Assembly: GCA_963823945.1 (NCBI GenBank)
Contig: CAWGNK010000008.1
Coordinates: forward strand, 30,469 to 94,468
Direction: 5' to 3'
Length of the DNA: 64,000 nt
Origin: an uncultured Acidimicrobiaceae bacterium
GTDB taxonomy: Bacteria > Actinomycetota > Acidimicrobiia > Acidimicrobiales > Bog-793
Below the pieces are notes generated by a model. That model had not been told where the DNA came from. It worked only from the letters and a program-made list of their open reading frames with translations, and ran no database searches. Positions 27,093 through 41,412 of the stretch are shown here, in pieces (the stretch's first letter is position 1; every line of letters begins with the position of its first letter). The position numbers and the translations under genes were made by a program.

Positions 27093-28394
27093 TCACTTCG
27101 ATGTCGGCGTCCTGGCGACGCCCACCGCGCTGGAGTTGGTGACGGCAAGCGGGAGAAAGCACCGGGCGGGCTCGGCGATCGCGTCCTCGCTGGACACGGT
27201 CGCGGTGCCGACGGCGTTGCCCGAGCTGTCGAGAGCGGTGAGGCTCGCCGGGAGGGGTGCATTGCCGTCGTTGGCGAGGACCGCCCAGCCGTCCTGCACG
27301 TTCATCTGGTCCGTCGCTCCGTCGGCGAAGCTCGCGTGGACGCTGCCCACGTCGGCGGAGACCCGGACCATCACCACCTCGACGGGCGAGGACCCGCCGG
27401 CCCCGGCGACGGAGCTGTCGATGAGCTCAAAGCGCTCTGCTGCGGTCGCCGAGGCGACCTCCGGGAGCGACACGGAGAAGGTGCCGCTCGTCACGGGGTT
27501 CGACACGTCGACAACGAGCATCTCGGTCGTCTCGCAGGGCGAGATGGGGGGGAGGCTTGTCACGCCGTTGGGCCCAGTCGTTCCACTGGATCCCGTCACG
27601 CCGGTCGCGCCCGTGGTGCCGCTCGGTCCGGTCACGCCACTAGGTCCGGTCGTTCCACTGGGTCCGGTCGACCCACTAGGTCCGGTCGTCCCACTGGGTC
27701 CGGTCGACCCACTGGCGCCCGTCGACCCACTGGGTCCGGTCACGCCACTGGGGCCGGTCACGCCACTGGCGCCCGTCGACCCACTGGAACCCGTCACACC
27801 GCTCGCGCCGGATGCACCGCTCACACCCGTTGCCGAGCTCGTGATCGGTGTACCCACGGTCGGATTCGGGACGGCAGACGTCTTGGACACGACAGGCGGC
27901 GACACGAACATCACCGGCGCCACCTGTTCCGTGAACGCCCGGATCGTGATGTCGCCCACGGTCCGCACGAACAGCGGCTTCAGCGTGTCGCTGCGGATGT
28001 CCGGCATGCTGGAGCAGTGGTGCACGGGGCACAGGTCAGCCATGGGCCCCGGCACGGAGGCCTTGGAGCCGTTCGATCCGGTCGACCAGTGCAGACCCTT
28101 CGGCGCGGTGCCGAGGGCCTGGGGCGCGTTGGTCCAGGCGCCGCCTCCGACGAGGCTGGAGATCTGGTTCATCGCCGCCAGGCTGGAGGTCGACGACCCC
28201 CCGGTCGTGGTGCGCGAGATGCCGGCGACCCCCGCCGTAGCGAGGGCGACGACCATCGCGGTCGCAGTGAAGATCTTCAGCTGCCGCTCCCGGCGGCGGT
28301 GTGACCGGGCGACGATCGAGCGGAGCGTCGCGTCCGACGCGGGGGCGCCGGAGTGGTCGAGAAGATGGGAGAGGTCTCCGTCTTCGGGTGTCAT
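27093..28394 (-). CDS. Single-pass membrane protein with collagen-like Gly-X-Y repeat ectodomain
   Basis: 433 aa. TM helix [19 protein letters not shown] (about aa 41-59). 30 uninterrupted G-X-(S/T) triplets at aa 190-279. The stop lies 19 nt upstream of the ECF sigma start. Confidence 0.75.
   Translation of the reverse strand: MTPEDGDLSHLLDHSGAPASDATLRSIVARSHRRRERQLKIFTATAMVVALATAGVAGISRTTTGGSSTSSLAAMNQISSLVGGGAWTNAPQALGTAPKGLHWSTGSNGSKASVPGPMADLCPVHHCSSMPDIRSDTLKPLFVRTVGDITIRAFTEQVAPVMFVSPPVVSKTSAVPNPTVGTPITSSATGVSGASGASGVTGSSGSTGASGVTGPSGVTGPSGSTGASGSTGPSGTTGPSGSTGPSGTTGPSGVTGPSGTTGATGVTGSSGTTGPNGVTSLPPISPCETTEMLVVDVSNPVTSGTFSVSLPEVASATAAERFELIDSSVAGAGGSSPVEVVMVRVSADVGSVHASFADGATDQMNVQDGWAVLANDGNAPLPASLTALDSSGNAVGTATVSSEDAIAEPARCFLPLAVTNSSAVGVARTPTSK
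27558..27827 (-). repeat. 9-bp-periodic coding repeat (30 Gly-X-Y triplets)
   Basis: Counted from the translation [90 protein letters not shown]. The DNA shows reiterated GGTCCGGTC/GGTCCACTG-type units. Confidence 0.9.
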
Positions 28395-28621
28395 GTTGTC
28401 AACTCCTGGGTTTGTGGGCGACGTGCGCCCGGTTCGAGGGTTTCTCGTTCGTCCGGAAACGTTCCATTCACTTCCTACAAAGCCGCAGGCAAGCCCATTC
28501 GCGTACAGGGACCTGCGGATTTGTCGGTGTCCGCGATCCCGCGCGTGTCCCGGGTCGGTCGTTTCCCGGTGTGACCTGCGCCTACGTGGCCGGGGTCAAC
28601 GTATGCGCGGCGCGACCGGTC

Positions 28622-29296
28622 TCAGGCGGTGGTGACGAAGAGCCGGCAGCCGAGCGCCGGACCGATCGCCACGGTTCGCCCCACCGCCCCCTCCTCGTCG
28701 AGTTCCAGGGTGAGGGTGCCGTCGGGAGCCCGGTTGCGGATCCGCACGCGACGTCCGGGAACGAGGCCGTGGTCGCTCAGGTAGACGAGGGCGTCGCGGT
28801 CGACTTCGACGAGCTCGGTGATCCGGGACAGCGTGACCGGCGTCCCCTCGGCGATCTCGGTGAGCGGTCGCTGCGGCCGGGGATCGCCGACCGTCCCGGG
28901 GATCGGGTTGCCGTGTGGGCAGGTCGTCGGATTGTGCAGGATCGCGACGAAGCGGGCCTCGACCTCGTCGGAGATGACGTGCTCCCAGCGGCCGGCCTCG
29001 TGGTGCGCCTCGTGCCAGGGGAGCCCCACGACGTCGACGAGGAACCGCTCGGCGAGGCGGTGCTTGCGCACGACGCTCTCGGCCCGGGCCCGGCCTTTCT
29101 CCGTCAGCTCGAGGCCCCGCCCCGAACGCGCCACGTAGTGCTCGTCGGAGAGGCGCCGGATCATTTCGGAGACTGCCTGGGGCGTGTGGCCGAGCCACTC
29201 GACGAGCCGCGCCTGGATGACCGGGACGTGCTCCTCCTCCAGCGCATACATCGTCTCGAGGTACTCCTCGAGCGGAGGGTGGAAGCCTGCAGGCAC
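28622..29296 (-). CDS. DtxR/MntR-family metal-dependent transcriptional regulator with C-terminal FeoA/SH3-like domain
   Basis: 224 aa. Contains EEYLETMYALEEE, QARLVEWLGHTPQAVSEMIRRL (HTH), RKHRLAERFLVDVVGL and CPHGNPIP. Confidence 0.88.
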   Translation of the reverse strand: MPAGFHPPLEEYLETMYALEEEHVPVIQARLVEWLGHTPQAVSEMIRRLSDEHYVARSGRGLELTEKGRARAESVVRKHRLAERFLVDVVGLPWHEAHHEAGRWEHVISDEVEARFVAILHNPTTCPHGNPIPGTVGDPRPQRPLTEIAEGTPVTLSRITELVEVDRDALVYLSDHGLVPGRRVRIRNRAPDGTLTLELDEEGAVGRTVAIGPALGCRLFVTTA

Positions 29297-29381
29297 TCTG
29301 GCCGATCGTACCGGCCGCTGGCCTGGGCCGTTGCCTGCGATCCCCGCGGCGATCCCCCGATGCGACGCCTACCATCGAACC

Positions 29382-32108
29382 GTGGCGACCTACCTACTGC
29401 TCGACGGGCACAGCCTCGCCTATCGCGCCTGGTTCGCCCTCCAGGACGCCGGCATGCGGACCTCGTCCGGACAGGAGACCCAGGCCGTCTACGGCTTTGT
29501 CGCGATGGCGACGAAGATGCTCGCCGACTTCCGTCCCGATGGCCTGGCGGTCGCCTTCGACCGGCACGAGCCGACCTTTCGCGACGCCCTCGTCGCCGAC
29601 TACAAGGCGGGCCGCCCGCCGACCCCGGAACCCCTCATCCAGCAGGTGGAGCTGATCCGGCAGTTCGTCACCGCGCTGGGTGTCCCGGCGGTCGACGCCG
29701 TCGGCTACGAGGCGGACGACATCCTCGCCACGCTGGCGACCCAGCTGCGAGACGCCGGGTGCGACGTCGTCATCGTGACGGGGGACCGCGACTCCTTCCA
29801 GCTCGTCGAGGACCCGCACGTGCGGGTCCTCTACAACCGCCGCGGCATGTCCGACTACGTCCTTTACGACGAGGCGGGCATCCTGGCGCGCACGGGGGTC
29901 CTGCCCGCCGACTACCCGTTGCTGGCCTCGTTGCGCGGCGACCCGTCGGACAACCTGCCGGGCGTCCCCGGGGTCGGCGAGAAGACGGCGGCGAAGCTCG
30001 TCACGACCTATCACGACCTCGACGGCCTCTACGCCCACCTCGACGAGTGCACGCCGAAGCTGCGCGAGTCGCTCGCCGCCAACGAGGCCCAGGTGCGGTC
30101 GAACCTGCAGATGACACCGCTCGTGCGCGATGTGCCCCTCGGAATCACGCCCGCCGACCTGGCGTTCTCGGCACCGGACCGGGAGCGCCTCGAGCGGCTC
30201 TTCAACTTCCTCGAGATGCGCACCCCGCGCGACCGGCTCTTCTCGGTGCTCGACGCGGCGGGGTTCGACGCCGCGCCGGCGGCCCCCGAACCCGAGTCCG
30301 AACCGGTCCAGGACCGCGGCGTGGTCGCGCCGGACACCGTTGCCGCCGCCGCCGCGGCACTCGGTGCCGTCGACGAGGCGGCCCGGCGCGGGGGTTGGAT
30401 CGGGCTGGAAGCGACCTGGGCGGCGGCGCCTGGTCGTTCGGCGATCGACGCGCTGGCGTTCGCACCGCCCGGACCGGACGACGTCGTCGTCGTGCCGGGT
30501 GGCCTCCTCGCCGCGCCCGAGCTCGCCGCGTCGCTCGGGTGCGTCCTCGGTTCGCCGCCGGGGGAACCCTCGCGGCGCCGGCTCGTCGGGCACCGGGTCA
30601 AGGAGCTGATGCGGGTGCTGCTGCCCCAGGGCATCGACACGACGGCGCTCGAACTCGACACCGCGGTCGCCGCCTACGTCATCGACCCGGCCGACGGCCA
30701 GGCGACCCTCGACGAGCTGGCCCAGCGCCGGGGGATGACCGGGGCTCCGGCACCGGAGGCGGGGCAGCTCGGCTTCGAACTCGGCGCGGCTGAGGCGACG
30801 GCGACCGGGCTCGCCGAGGCGACGGCCCGGCGGGCGGAGCTCGTCGCGCGGCTGGGGTCGCGCGTGCTCACCGAGCTCGACGGGATCGGCGGCAGGGAGC
30901 TCTACGAGGAGATCGAGCTGCCGCTCATCCGGGTGCTCGCCCGGATGGAGGTCGCCGGCATCGCCGTCGACGTCGCGAGGTTGCGGGGGATCAACGTCGA
31001 GCTCACGACGGAGGCGGCGGGCCTGGAGGCCGAACTTCATTCGCTCGCCGGCGAGGAATTCAACGTCAACTCGTCGACGCAGCTGCGCACGATCCTTTAC
31101 GAGAAGCTGCGGCTCACCCCGCAGCGCAAGACGAAGACCGGCTACTCGACCGACGCCGCGACGCTGGAGAAGTTGCGAGACGCGCACCCGATCGTCGCGA
31201 CGCTGCTGCGCTACCGCGAGGTCGAGAAGCTCCGCTCCACCTACGGCGAGGGCCTGCTCGCCGAGGTCGCCCCGGACGGGCGGATCCACGCCTCGTTCAA
31301 CCAGACCGTGGCGCGGACGGGGCGGCTGTCTTCGGACCGGCCGAACCTCCACAACATCCCGGTCCGGACGGAGGACGGCCGCAGGATCCGCGAGGCCTTC
31401 GTGCCGGCCCGGGGCACCGAGTTCCTGATCGCGGACTACAACCAGATCGAGCTGCGGGTGATCGCCCACCTGTCGGGCGACCCGGGGCTCGTCGAGGAGT
31501 TCGCCGCCGGTCACGACATCCACGCCGCGACGGCGTCGCGCCTGTACGGCGTCGATCCCGGGGCGGTGACGACCGCCCAGCGATCGAAGGCGAAGATGGT
31601 CTCCTACGGCCTCGCCTACGGCATGGAGGCCTACGGCCTCGCGCAGCGGCTCGGCGTCGGGCTCGACGAGGCCTCCGAGATCCTCGGCCAGTACTTCGCC
31701 GCCTTCCCGGCGGTGAAGGCCTACATGGAAGGCTCCGTCGCCGAGGCCCGTCGCCGCGGCTACACCGCGACCGAGCTCGGGCGACGCCGCTACATTCCCG
31801 AGCTCTTGTCGGACAACCACCGGATCCGCCAGGCGGCGGAGCGTCAGGCGATGAACGCCGGCATCCAGGGGCTCGCCGCCGACATCTTCAAGCTCGCCCT
31901 CGTCCGCCTCGACGCCGCGCTGGAAACCGGCGCCCACGCCTCGCGGATCGTCTTGCAGGTCCACGACGAGGTGCTCGTCGAGGTGCCCGAGCCCGAGCAC
32001 GACACCGTCGAGGCGATCGTGAAGGAGTCGATGGAGAAGGCCTATCCGCTGCGGGTTCCACTCGAAGTACACCTGTCGTGGGGGAGTACCTGGGCCGCAG
32101 CGAAATGA
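29382..32108 (+). CDS. polA: DNA polymerase I
   Basis: GTG at 29382 (VATYLLLDGHSLAYRAWF, 5' nuclease domain) within ORF 29184..32108. Polymerase motifs DYNQIELRVIAHLSGD, KAKMVSYGLAYG and LQVHDEVLVE. Confidence 0.95.
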   Translation: MATYLLLDGHSLAYRAWFALQDAGMRTSSGQETQAVYGFVAMATKMLADFRPDGLAVAFDRHEPTFRDALVADYKAGRPPTPEPLIQQVELIRQFVTALGVPAVDAVGYEADDILATLATQLRDAGCDVVIVTGDRDSFQLVEDPHVRVLYNRRGMSDYVLYDEAGILARTGVLPADYPLLASLRGDPSDNLPGVPGVGEKTAAKLVTTYHDLDGLYAHLDECTPKLRESLAANEAQVRSNLQMTPLVRDVPLGITPADLAFSAPDRERLERLFNFLEMRTPRDRLFSVLDAAGFDAAPAAPEPESEPVQDRGVVAPDTVAAAAAALGAVDEAARRGGWIGLEATWAAAPGRSAIDALAFAPPGPDDVVVVPGGLLAAPELAASLGCVLGSPPGEPSRRRLVGHRVKELMRVLLPQGIDTTALELDTAVAAYVIDPADGQATLDELAQRRGMTGAPAPEAGQLGFELGAAEATATGLAEATARRAELVARLGSRVLTELDGIGGRELYEEIELPLIRVLARMEVAGIAVDVARLRGINVELTTEAAGLEAELHSLAGEEFNVNSSTQLRTILYEKLRLTPQRKTKTGYSTDAATLEKLRDAHPIVATLLRYREVEKLRSTYGEGLLAEVAPDGRIHASFNQTVARTGRLSSDRPNLHNIPVRTEDGRRIREAFVPARGTEFLIADYNQIELRVIAHLSGDPGLVEEFAAGHDIHAATASRLYGVDPGAVTTAQRSKAKMVSYGLAYGMEAYGLAQRLGVGLDEASEILGQYFAAFPAVKAYMEGSVAEARRRGYTATELGRRRYIPELLSDNHRIRQAAERQAMNAGIQGLAADIFKLALVRLDAALETGAHASRIVLQVHDEVLVEVPEPEHDTVEAIVKESMEKAYPLRVPLEVHLSWGSTWAAAK

Positions 32109-32285
32109 TCCCGACACCGCTGTGTAACATTGCAGGGCAACGTCGCGCGACCGTCTGAAGTCGGCGACGCCATCGTCCCCGCACCCCTGTGGTGCGGCGG
32201 CCGACCATCCCATTCACCAATCCCGCCGTCGCCGCACGCGAGCCGCGCGGCCCCGGCGGGCCGACTACCTAAAGGCCACCTACCG

Positions 32286-33836
32286 ATGTCCGAGACCCTC
32301 CCCGACGAGCCCGCAGAAACCACTCCGGTCGACGAGCCCGTCATGACGAGCGAGGCCGAAACCACCGCCGAGCCCACCGAAGCGACTCCGGTCGACGAGC
32401 CCGTCGTGACGAGCGAGGCGGAAACCACCGCCGAGCCTGCGCCGGCCGCCGAATCCGACGGCTACACCTTCAACAAGATCACCGAGGACGACCTCGGGAC
32501 CCTCTCGTTCGACGACGCCGTCGACCAGACGATGGTCGCTTTCGACGAGGGTGACATCGTGAAGGGCACGATCGTGAAGGTCGACAACGACGAGGTGCTC
32601 CTCGACATCGGGTACAAGTCCGAGGGCGTCATCCCGGTACGCGAGCTCTCGATCCGCCACGACGTCGACGCCCACGAGATCGTCACCGTCGGCGACGAGG
32701 TCGAGGCGCTGGTCCTCCAGAAAGAGGACAAGGAAGGCCGGCTGGTGCTGTCGAAAAAGCGCGCCCAGTACGAGCGCGCCTGGGGCGACATCGAGCGGAT
32801 CAAGGAGTCCGGCGGCGTCGTCGAGGGACCGGTGATCGAGGTCGTGAAGGGCGGTCTCATCCTCGACATCGGGCTGCGGGGGTTCCTTCCCGCCTCGCTC
32901 GTGGAGTTGCGCCGCGTCCGCGACCTGCAGCCGTACATCGGCAAGGTCATCGAGGCCAAGATCATCGAGCTCGACAAGAACCGGAACAACGTCGTGCTGT
33001 CGCGGCGCGCCTGGCTCGAGGAGACCCAGAAAGAACAGCGCGGCGAGTTCCTCGTCAACCTGAAGCCCGGCGAGATCCGCAAGGGCGTCGTCTCGTCGGT
33101 CGTGAACTTCGGTGCCTTCGTCGACCTCGGGGGGATGGACGGGCTGATCCACGTCTCCGAGCTGTCGTGGAAGCACGTCGACCACCCCTCCTCAGTCGTC
33201 CAGGTCGGTGACGAGGTGACGGTCCAGGTGCTCGACGTCGACCTCGACAAGGAGCGGATCTCGCTCTCGCTGAAAGCGACCCAGTCCGACCCGTGGCAGG
33301 AGTTCGCGAGCGCCCACCACGTCGGCGAGCTCGTCTACGGCCGGATCACGAAGCTCGTGCCCTTCGGCGCCTTCGTCCAGGTGGGCGACGGCATCGAGGG
33401 GCTCGTCCACATCTCGGAGATGGCGGCGCACCACGTCGACCTGCCCGAGCAGGTCGTCACCTCCGGCGAGGAGCTGTGGGTGAAGATCATCGACATCGAC
33501 CTGCAGCGACGCCGGATCAGCCTGTCGATCAAGCAGGCGGCCGAGGGCGGCGAGGTCGCCGAGGAGTACCGCGAGGCCTTCGGCGAGCACGCCTACGACG
33601 CGGAGGGCAACTACATCGGCACCTTCGACTACACGCCGGCGCCCTTCACCCCGGAGACCGAAGCGCAGGCCGCCTGGGCTGAGGAGTTCGCAGCCGACAT
33701 CGCAGCCCAGTCCGAGGCCGACACGGCATCCGAGGCCGCCGGATCCGAGGCTGACGAGGTCGCGGAGCCTGAGGTCGCCGTGGCGGACGACGTGGTCGCC
33801 GACGAGCCCGCGGAGGACGCGGCCGACGAATCCTGA
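32286..33836 (+). CDS. rpsA: 30S ribosomal protein S1 with acidic N- and C-terminal extensions
   Basis: ATG at 32286 within ORF 32130..33836. Repeated S1 domains (GDIVKGTIVKVD, VVEGPVIEVVKGGLILDIG, IRKGVVSSVVNFGAFVDLG, LVYGRITKLVPFGAFVQVG). Confidence 0.93.
   Translation: MSETLPDEPAETTPVDEPVMTSEAETTAEPTEATPVDEPVVTSEAETTAEPAPAAESDGYTFNKITEDDLGTLSFDDAVDQTMVAFDEGDIVKGTIVKVDNDEVLLDIGYKSEGVIPVRELSIRHDVDAHEIVTVGDEVEALVLQKEDKEGRLVLSKKRAQYERAWGDIERIKESGGVVEGPVIEVVKGGLILDIGLRGFLPASLVELRRVRDLQPYIGKVIEAKIIELDKNRNNVVLSRRAWLEETQKEQRGEFLVNLKPGEIRKGVVSSVVNFGAFVDLGGMDGLIHVSELSWKHVDHPSSVVQVGDEVTVQVLDVDLDKERISLSLKATQSDPWQEFASAHHVGELVYGRITKLVPFGAFVQVGDGIEGLVHISEMAAHHVDLPEQVVTSGEELWVKIIDIDLQRRRISLSIKQAAEGGEVAEEYREAFGEHAYDAEGNYIGTFDYTPAPFTPETEAQAAWAEEFAADIAAQSEADTASEAAGSEADEVAEPEVAVADDVVADEPAEDAADES
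32316..32438 (+). repeat. 63-bp tandem duplication inside the rpsA N-terminal extension
   Basis: ETTPVDEPVMTSEAETTAEP-T-EATPVDEPVVTSEAETTAEP. The DNA units beginning ACTCCGGTCGACGAGCCCGTC are nearly identical. Confidence 0.85.
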
Positions 33837-33913
33837 TCCCGTCGCCGGTGCCGGGCGCGCGTCGTTCGGCGTGCAGAACGGCCACTGACGGGCCGGCAGG
33901 CTGAGAGGCGCCC

Positions 33914-34552
33914 GTGGTCGCGATCGGCTGCACCGGGGGGATCGGGTCGGGCAAGTCGACCGTCGCGGCGCTGCTCGAACGCCGCGGGGCGCGCCTCGTC
34001 GACGTCGACGCCATCGCACACGCTGTCACCGCCCCGGGGGCGCCGGGACACCGCGCCGTCGTCGCCCGCTTCGGGGAGGAGATCCTGGAACCGGACGGCT
34101 CGATCGACCGCGGATCACTCGCCGCGATCGTGTTCGCCGACCGGGAGGCGCGGCGCGACCTCGAGGGGATCGTCCACCCGCTCGTTCTCGAGGTGATGCA
34201 GTCACAGCTCGCTCTGGCGACCAGGAGCGAGGTGGTCCTCTGTGTGCTCCCGCTGCTCGCCGAGACCGGGGCCCGGGACCACTGGCGCCTCGACGGGGTG
34301 CTTGTTGTCGACGCGCCCGAGGATCTGGCCGTCGAGCGTCTCGTGCGCGACCGGGGAATGACGGCGGACGCTGCCCGCGCCCGAATCGCCGCCCAGGCCG
34401 ACCGGTTCACGCGCATCGCGCTCGCCGACTACGTGATCTTCAACGTCGGCACGCTCGAGGAGCTCGAGGCGATGACCGAGGGAGCGTGGCGCTGGATCGA
34501 GCGGCTGGGCCGCCGCGCCGGTCCTGCCGGGGCGAACGGGGGGCATCACTAG
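33914..34552 (+). CDS. coaE: Dephospho-CoA kinase
   Basis: 212 aa with P-loop GGIGSGKST near the N-terminus. Canonical position between rpsA and uvrB. Confidence 0.88.
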   Translation: MVAIGCTGGIGSGKSTVAALLERRGARLVDVDAIAHAVTAPGAPGHRAVVARFGEEILEPDGSIDRGSLAAIVFADREARRDLEGIVHPLVLEVMQSQLALATRSEVVLCVLPLLAETGARDHWRLDGVLVVDAPEDLAVERLVRDRGMTADAARARIAAQADRFTRIALADYVIFNVGTLEELEAMTEGAWRWIERLGRRAGPAGANGGHH

Positions 34553-34635
34553 GCCGGCCGGGACATTGGCGCGCCGTCGGACGGCGACCGCTTCCCGCCG
34601 GATCTCACCGAGCAGCGCGTCGTTACGATGACGCT

Positions 34636-36702
<2,067 letters not shown>

Positions 36703-36718
36703 GTCGTATCCTCCGAAG

Positions 36719-39547
<2,829 letters not shown>

Positions 39548-39732
39548 GGGCCGGGAGGTCCTCGCGTCAGATTGGCAGTCGCATCGCACGGGCTCCCGAT
39601 CGGGGCGTCTCGGCTGACCCGGGAGTCGAGGATGACCAGCCACCACCCAGCCGGCGGTCGGGAACGCTTTCCTCCGGTGGGCAGCCCGATGCACGATCAA
39701 CCCTGGGAGTCGTCCTGGTTAAGCCGGCCGTT

Positions 39733-40245
39733 CTATGTGGAAGCGCTGCCCCCGGGCTTGATGATCACATCGGTGACGTTCCTCACCAGCTGCAAGAACG
39801 CGTAGTCCGCATAGCCGAAGACGAAGGCCACGACGTAGAAGGTGTCACGATCCACGACGACTTTCGCCTTGCTGCCGAGATTGAGCAGAACCAGGTAGAT
39901 CAGTGCACCGATCGATCCCGTCACGGCCCCGAAGAGTGGTCGGATGTAGTAGTGGTAATCGAAGCTTCGCTTCCAGTTGTGGTTGTAGCGGAAAACGCCC
40001 CAGAGACTCGACACGACCGCACCGGCGGCAGCAAACCAGACGGCACCGACAGGAAGTGGCCCGAGGGACGCAGGGACACGGAGGCGAAATGCCGACCAGG
40101 TCACGTACGTGATGAACAACGCGATCAGCACGAGCAGGTAGGTCAGAGTCAGGAAGAAGATGATCTTTGGCATGTCGCCTGCCTTCTCCAGGCGATCGCC
40201 TGTCGACGCCTTCTTCTCTTCTTGTTGTTGTTCCACGTTCGACAT
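39733..40245 (-). CDS. Hypothetical 4-TM membrane protein (170 aa)
   Basis: ATG at 40245 (MSNVEQQQEEKK) follows GGGGGG. Four hydrophobic helices. The upstream part of track ORF 39733..40323 was dropped. Confidence 0.6.
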   Translation of the reverse strand: MSNVEQQQEEKKASTGDRLEKAGDMPKIIFFLTLTYLLVLIALFITYVTWSAFRLRVPASLGPLPVGAVWFAAAGAVVSSLWGVFRYNHNWKRSFDYHYYIRPLFGAVTGSIGALIYLVLLNLGSKAKVVVDRDTFYVVAFVFGYADYAFLQLVRNVTDVIIKPGGSAST

Positions 40246-40935
40246 GAGCAACCCCCCTAGTGATGCCGCAAAGTACCTGGGAAATGCTATGCGCACGCAA
40301 GCGGTTCGTCGCAGATGGTTCATGACGACTGAGACTCAGGCGTCGGCGGGCACGCCCGCAACCCTCGCGCGACGAACGGGGACAGGGATGGAGCGGCTGC
40401 GCGACACCGACTGCTGCCGCGACTGCTGCCGGGTCATCTCCCGTCGGATCGAGACGTCGCGCAACGAGAGCTAGCGGGCGGCGCACGCCTTCGAGCCGGT
40501 TCGCACTTAGAGAGTGGCGCGTTCTCGGGAGGCCACTCGCAGTCGATCGCGGGTGGTGAAGGCACGCTTTGGGAGCATGCACGGGCGCCGATGAGGTCGA
40601 AGTGGCCGCGGGAGTGCACCTGATCCGGGCGACGTGCTTGGCGCAAGCGCGTCCTGGGTTCGTGGTGCCTCCATGTCCTCGCTGGTCTCGGGAAAGCGAA
40701 GGTCGTCCCGGCAGCAACAAGCTCTAGCGCCCCTGCGACCTCGTATGGACTGGATGTTCCTGCTGAAGACAGTGTTGACGGCACCGGCAACGTGTTGGTC
40801 GCTGACCCTGCAGTGGAGAGGGAGGAGGGTTGTCTCTCGGATAGCCGGCGACCCCGCCAGAATCTCGTCCGGCACGTCAGCGACGACTGCCCGCACTACT
40901 GGGGACACCCCAGCCCTCGCTCGGAATGCAATGCA

Positions 40936-40989
40936 GTTTGCGGGTGCTGTGTTACAGGGCACGCACCCGCCACTTTGCGAGTGCCCTTG
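40936..40989 (+). repeat. Repeat family B, copy 2 (hairpin/pseudoknot-capable element)
   Basis: GTTTGCGGGTGCTGTGTTACAGGGCACGCACCCGCCACTTTGCGAGTGCCCTTG. Complementary pairs are GCGGGTGC (40940-47) with GCACCCGC (40963-70), and GGGCAC (40957-62) with GTGCCC (40981-86). Confidence 0.6.
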
Positions 40990-41412
40990 ACCGGCACCTC
41001 AGGGATGCGCTCTGGCGCGCATTCGGGCGCGCGTCATGAGCTACCCAGACAGCCGCAGATCGCCGACTCAGTGCACAGTTCCCGGTACTTCGAACCGCGG
41101 AGGCTGACGTCGTTCTGGCGCGCCACGGTTTCGACGGTCGACGATCCGCGGTTGACACTGGCGCCGACCTTCATCTCGCAGCGCCAAGTCGAGAGGGTTG
41201 CTGGCGACTGCTGAACCGCCCCAGCGGGTTTGCGATCCCCGAGCAATTGACAGATCAGATGACTAAAGTTTCGCCGACCGAGGTCCCGACCAGCGACCGA
41301 GCACCCCGGCGTGCGAGTTCAAATAGACGTGTCTCGGAAGAGGCGCCACGATCCTCCGAAGTCTGGTCGCTCCCGACGCTCCCTCCGAGTAGCCGCGACG
41401 AGAGGGAACGCC

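Noticed and set aside
27558-27827. Periodic DNA repeat that could be mistaken for a CRISPR-like or satellite array
   Set aside because: The period is 9 bp (Gly-X-Y codons) inside an ORF. There are no 25-40 bp repeats and no unique spacers.
27136-28635. 499-aa plus-strand ORF with PLGPV-type repeats, antisense to the collagen-like gene
   Set aside because: The repeat keeps both strands open. The minus-strand product has a coherent N-terminus/TM/ectodomain layout and sits 19 nt from the downstream sigma gene. The plus-strand ORF would overrun the intergenic region and has no start context. This is not fully excluded without expression data.
29394-32213. 939-aa minus-strand ORF covering all of polA
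   Set aside because: It is antisense to a gene with unambiguous Pol I motifs. The product is Arg/Gly/Pro/Asp-rich low-complexity sequence with no motif, a typical high-GC shadow ORF.
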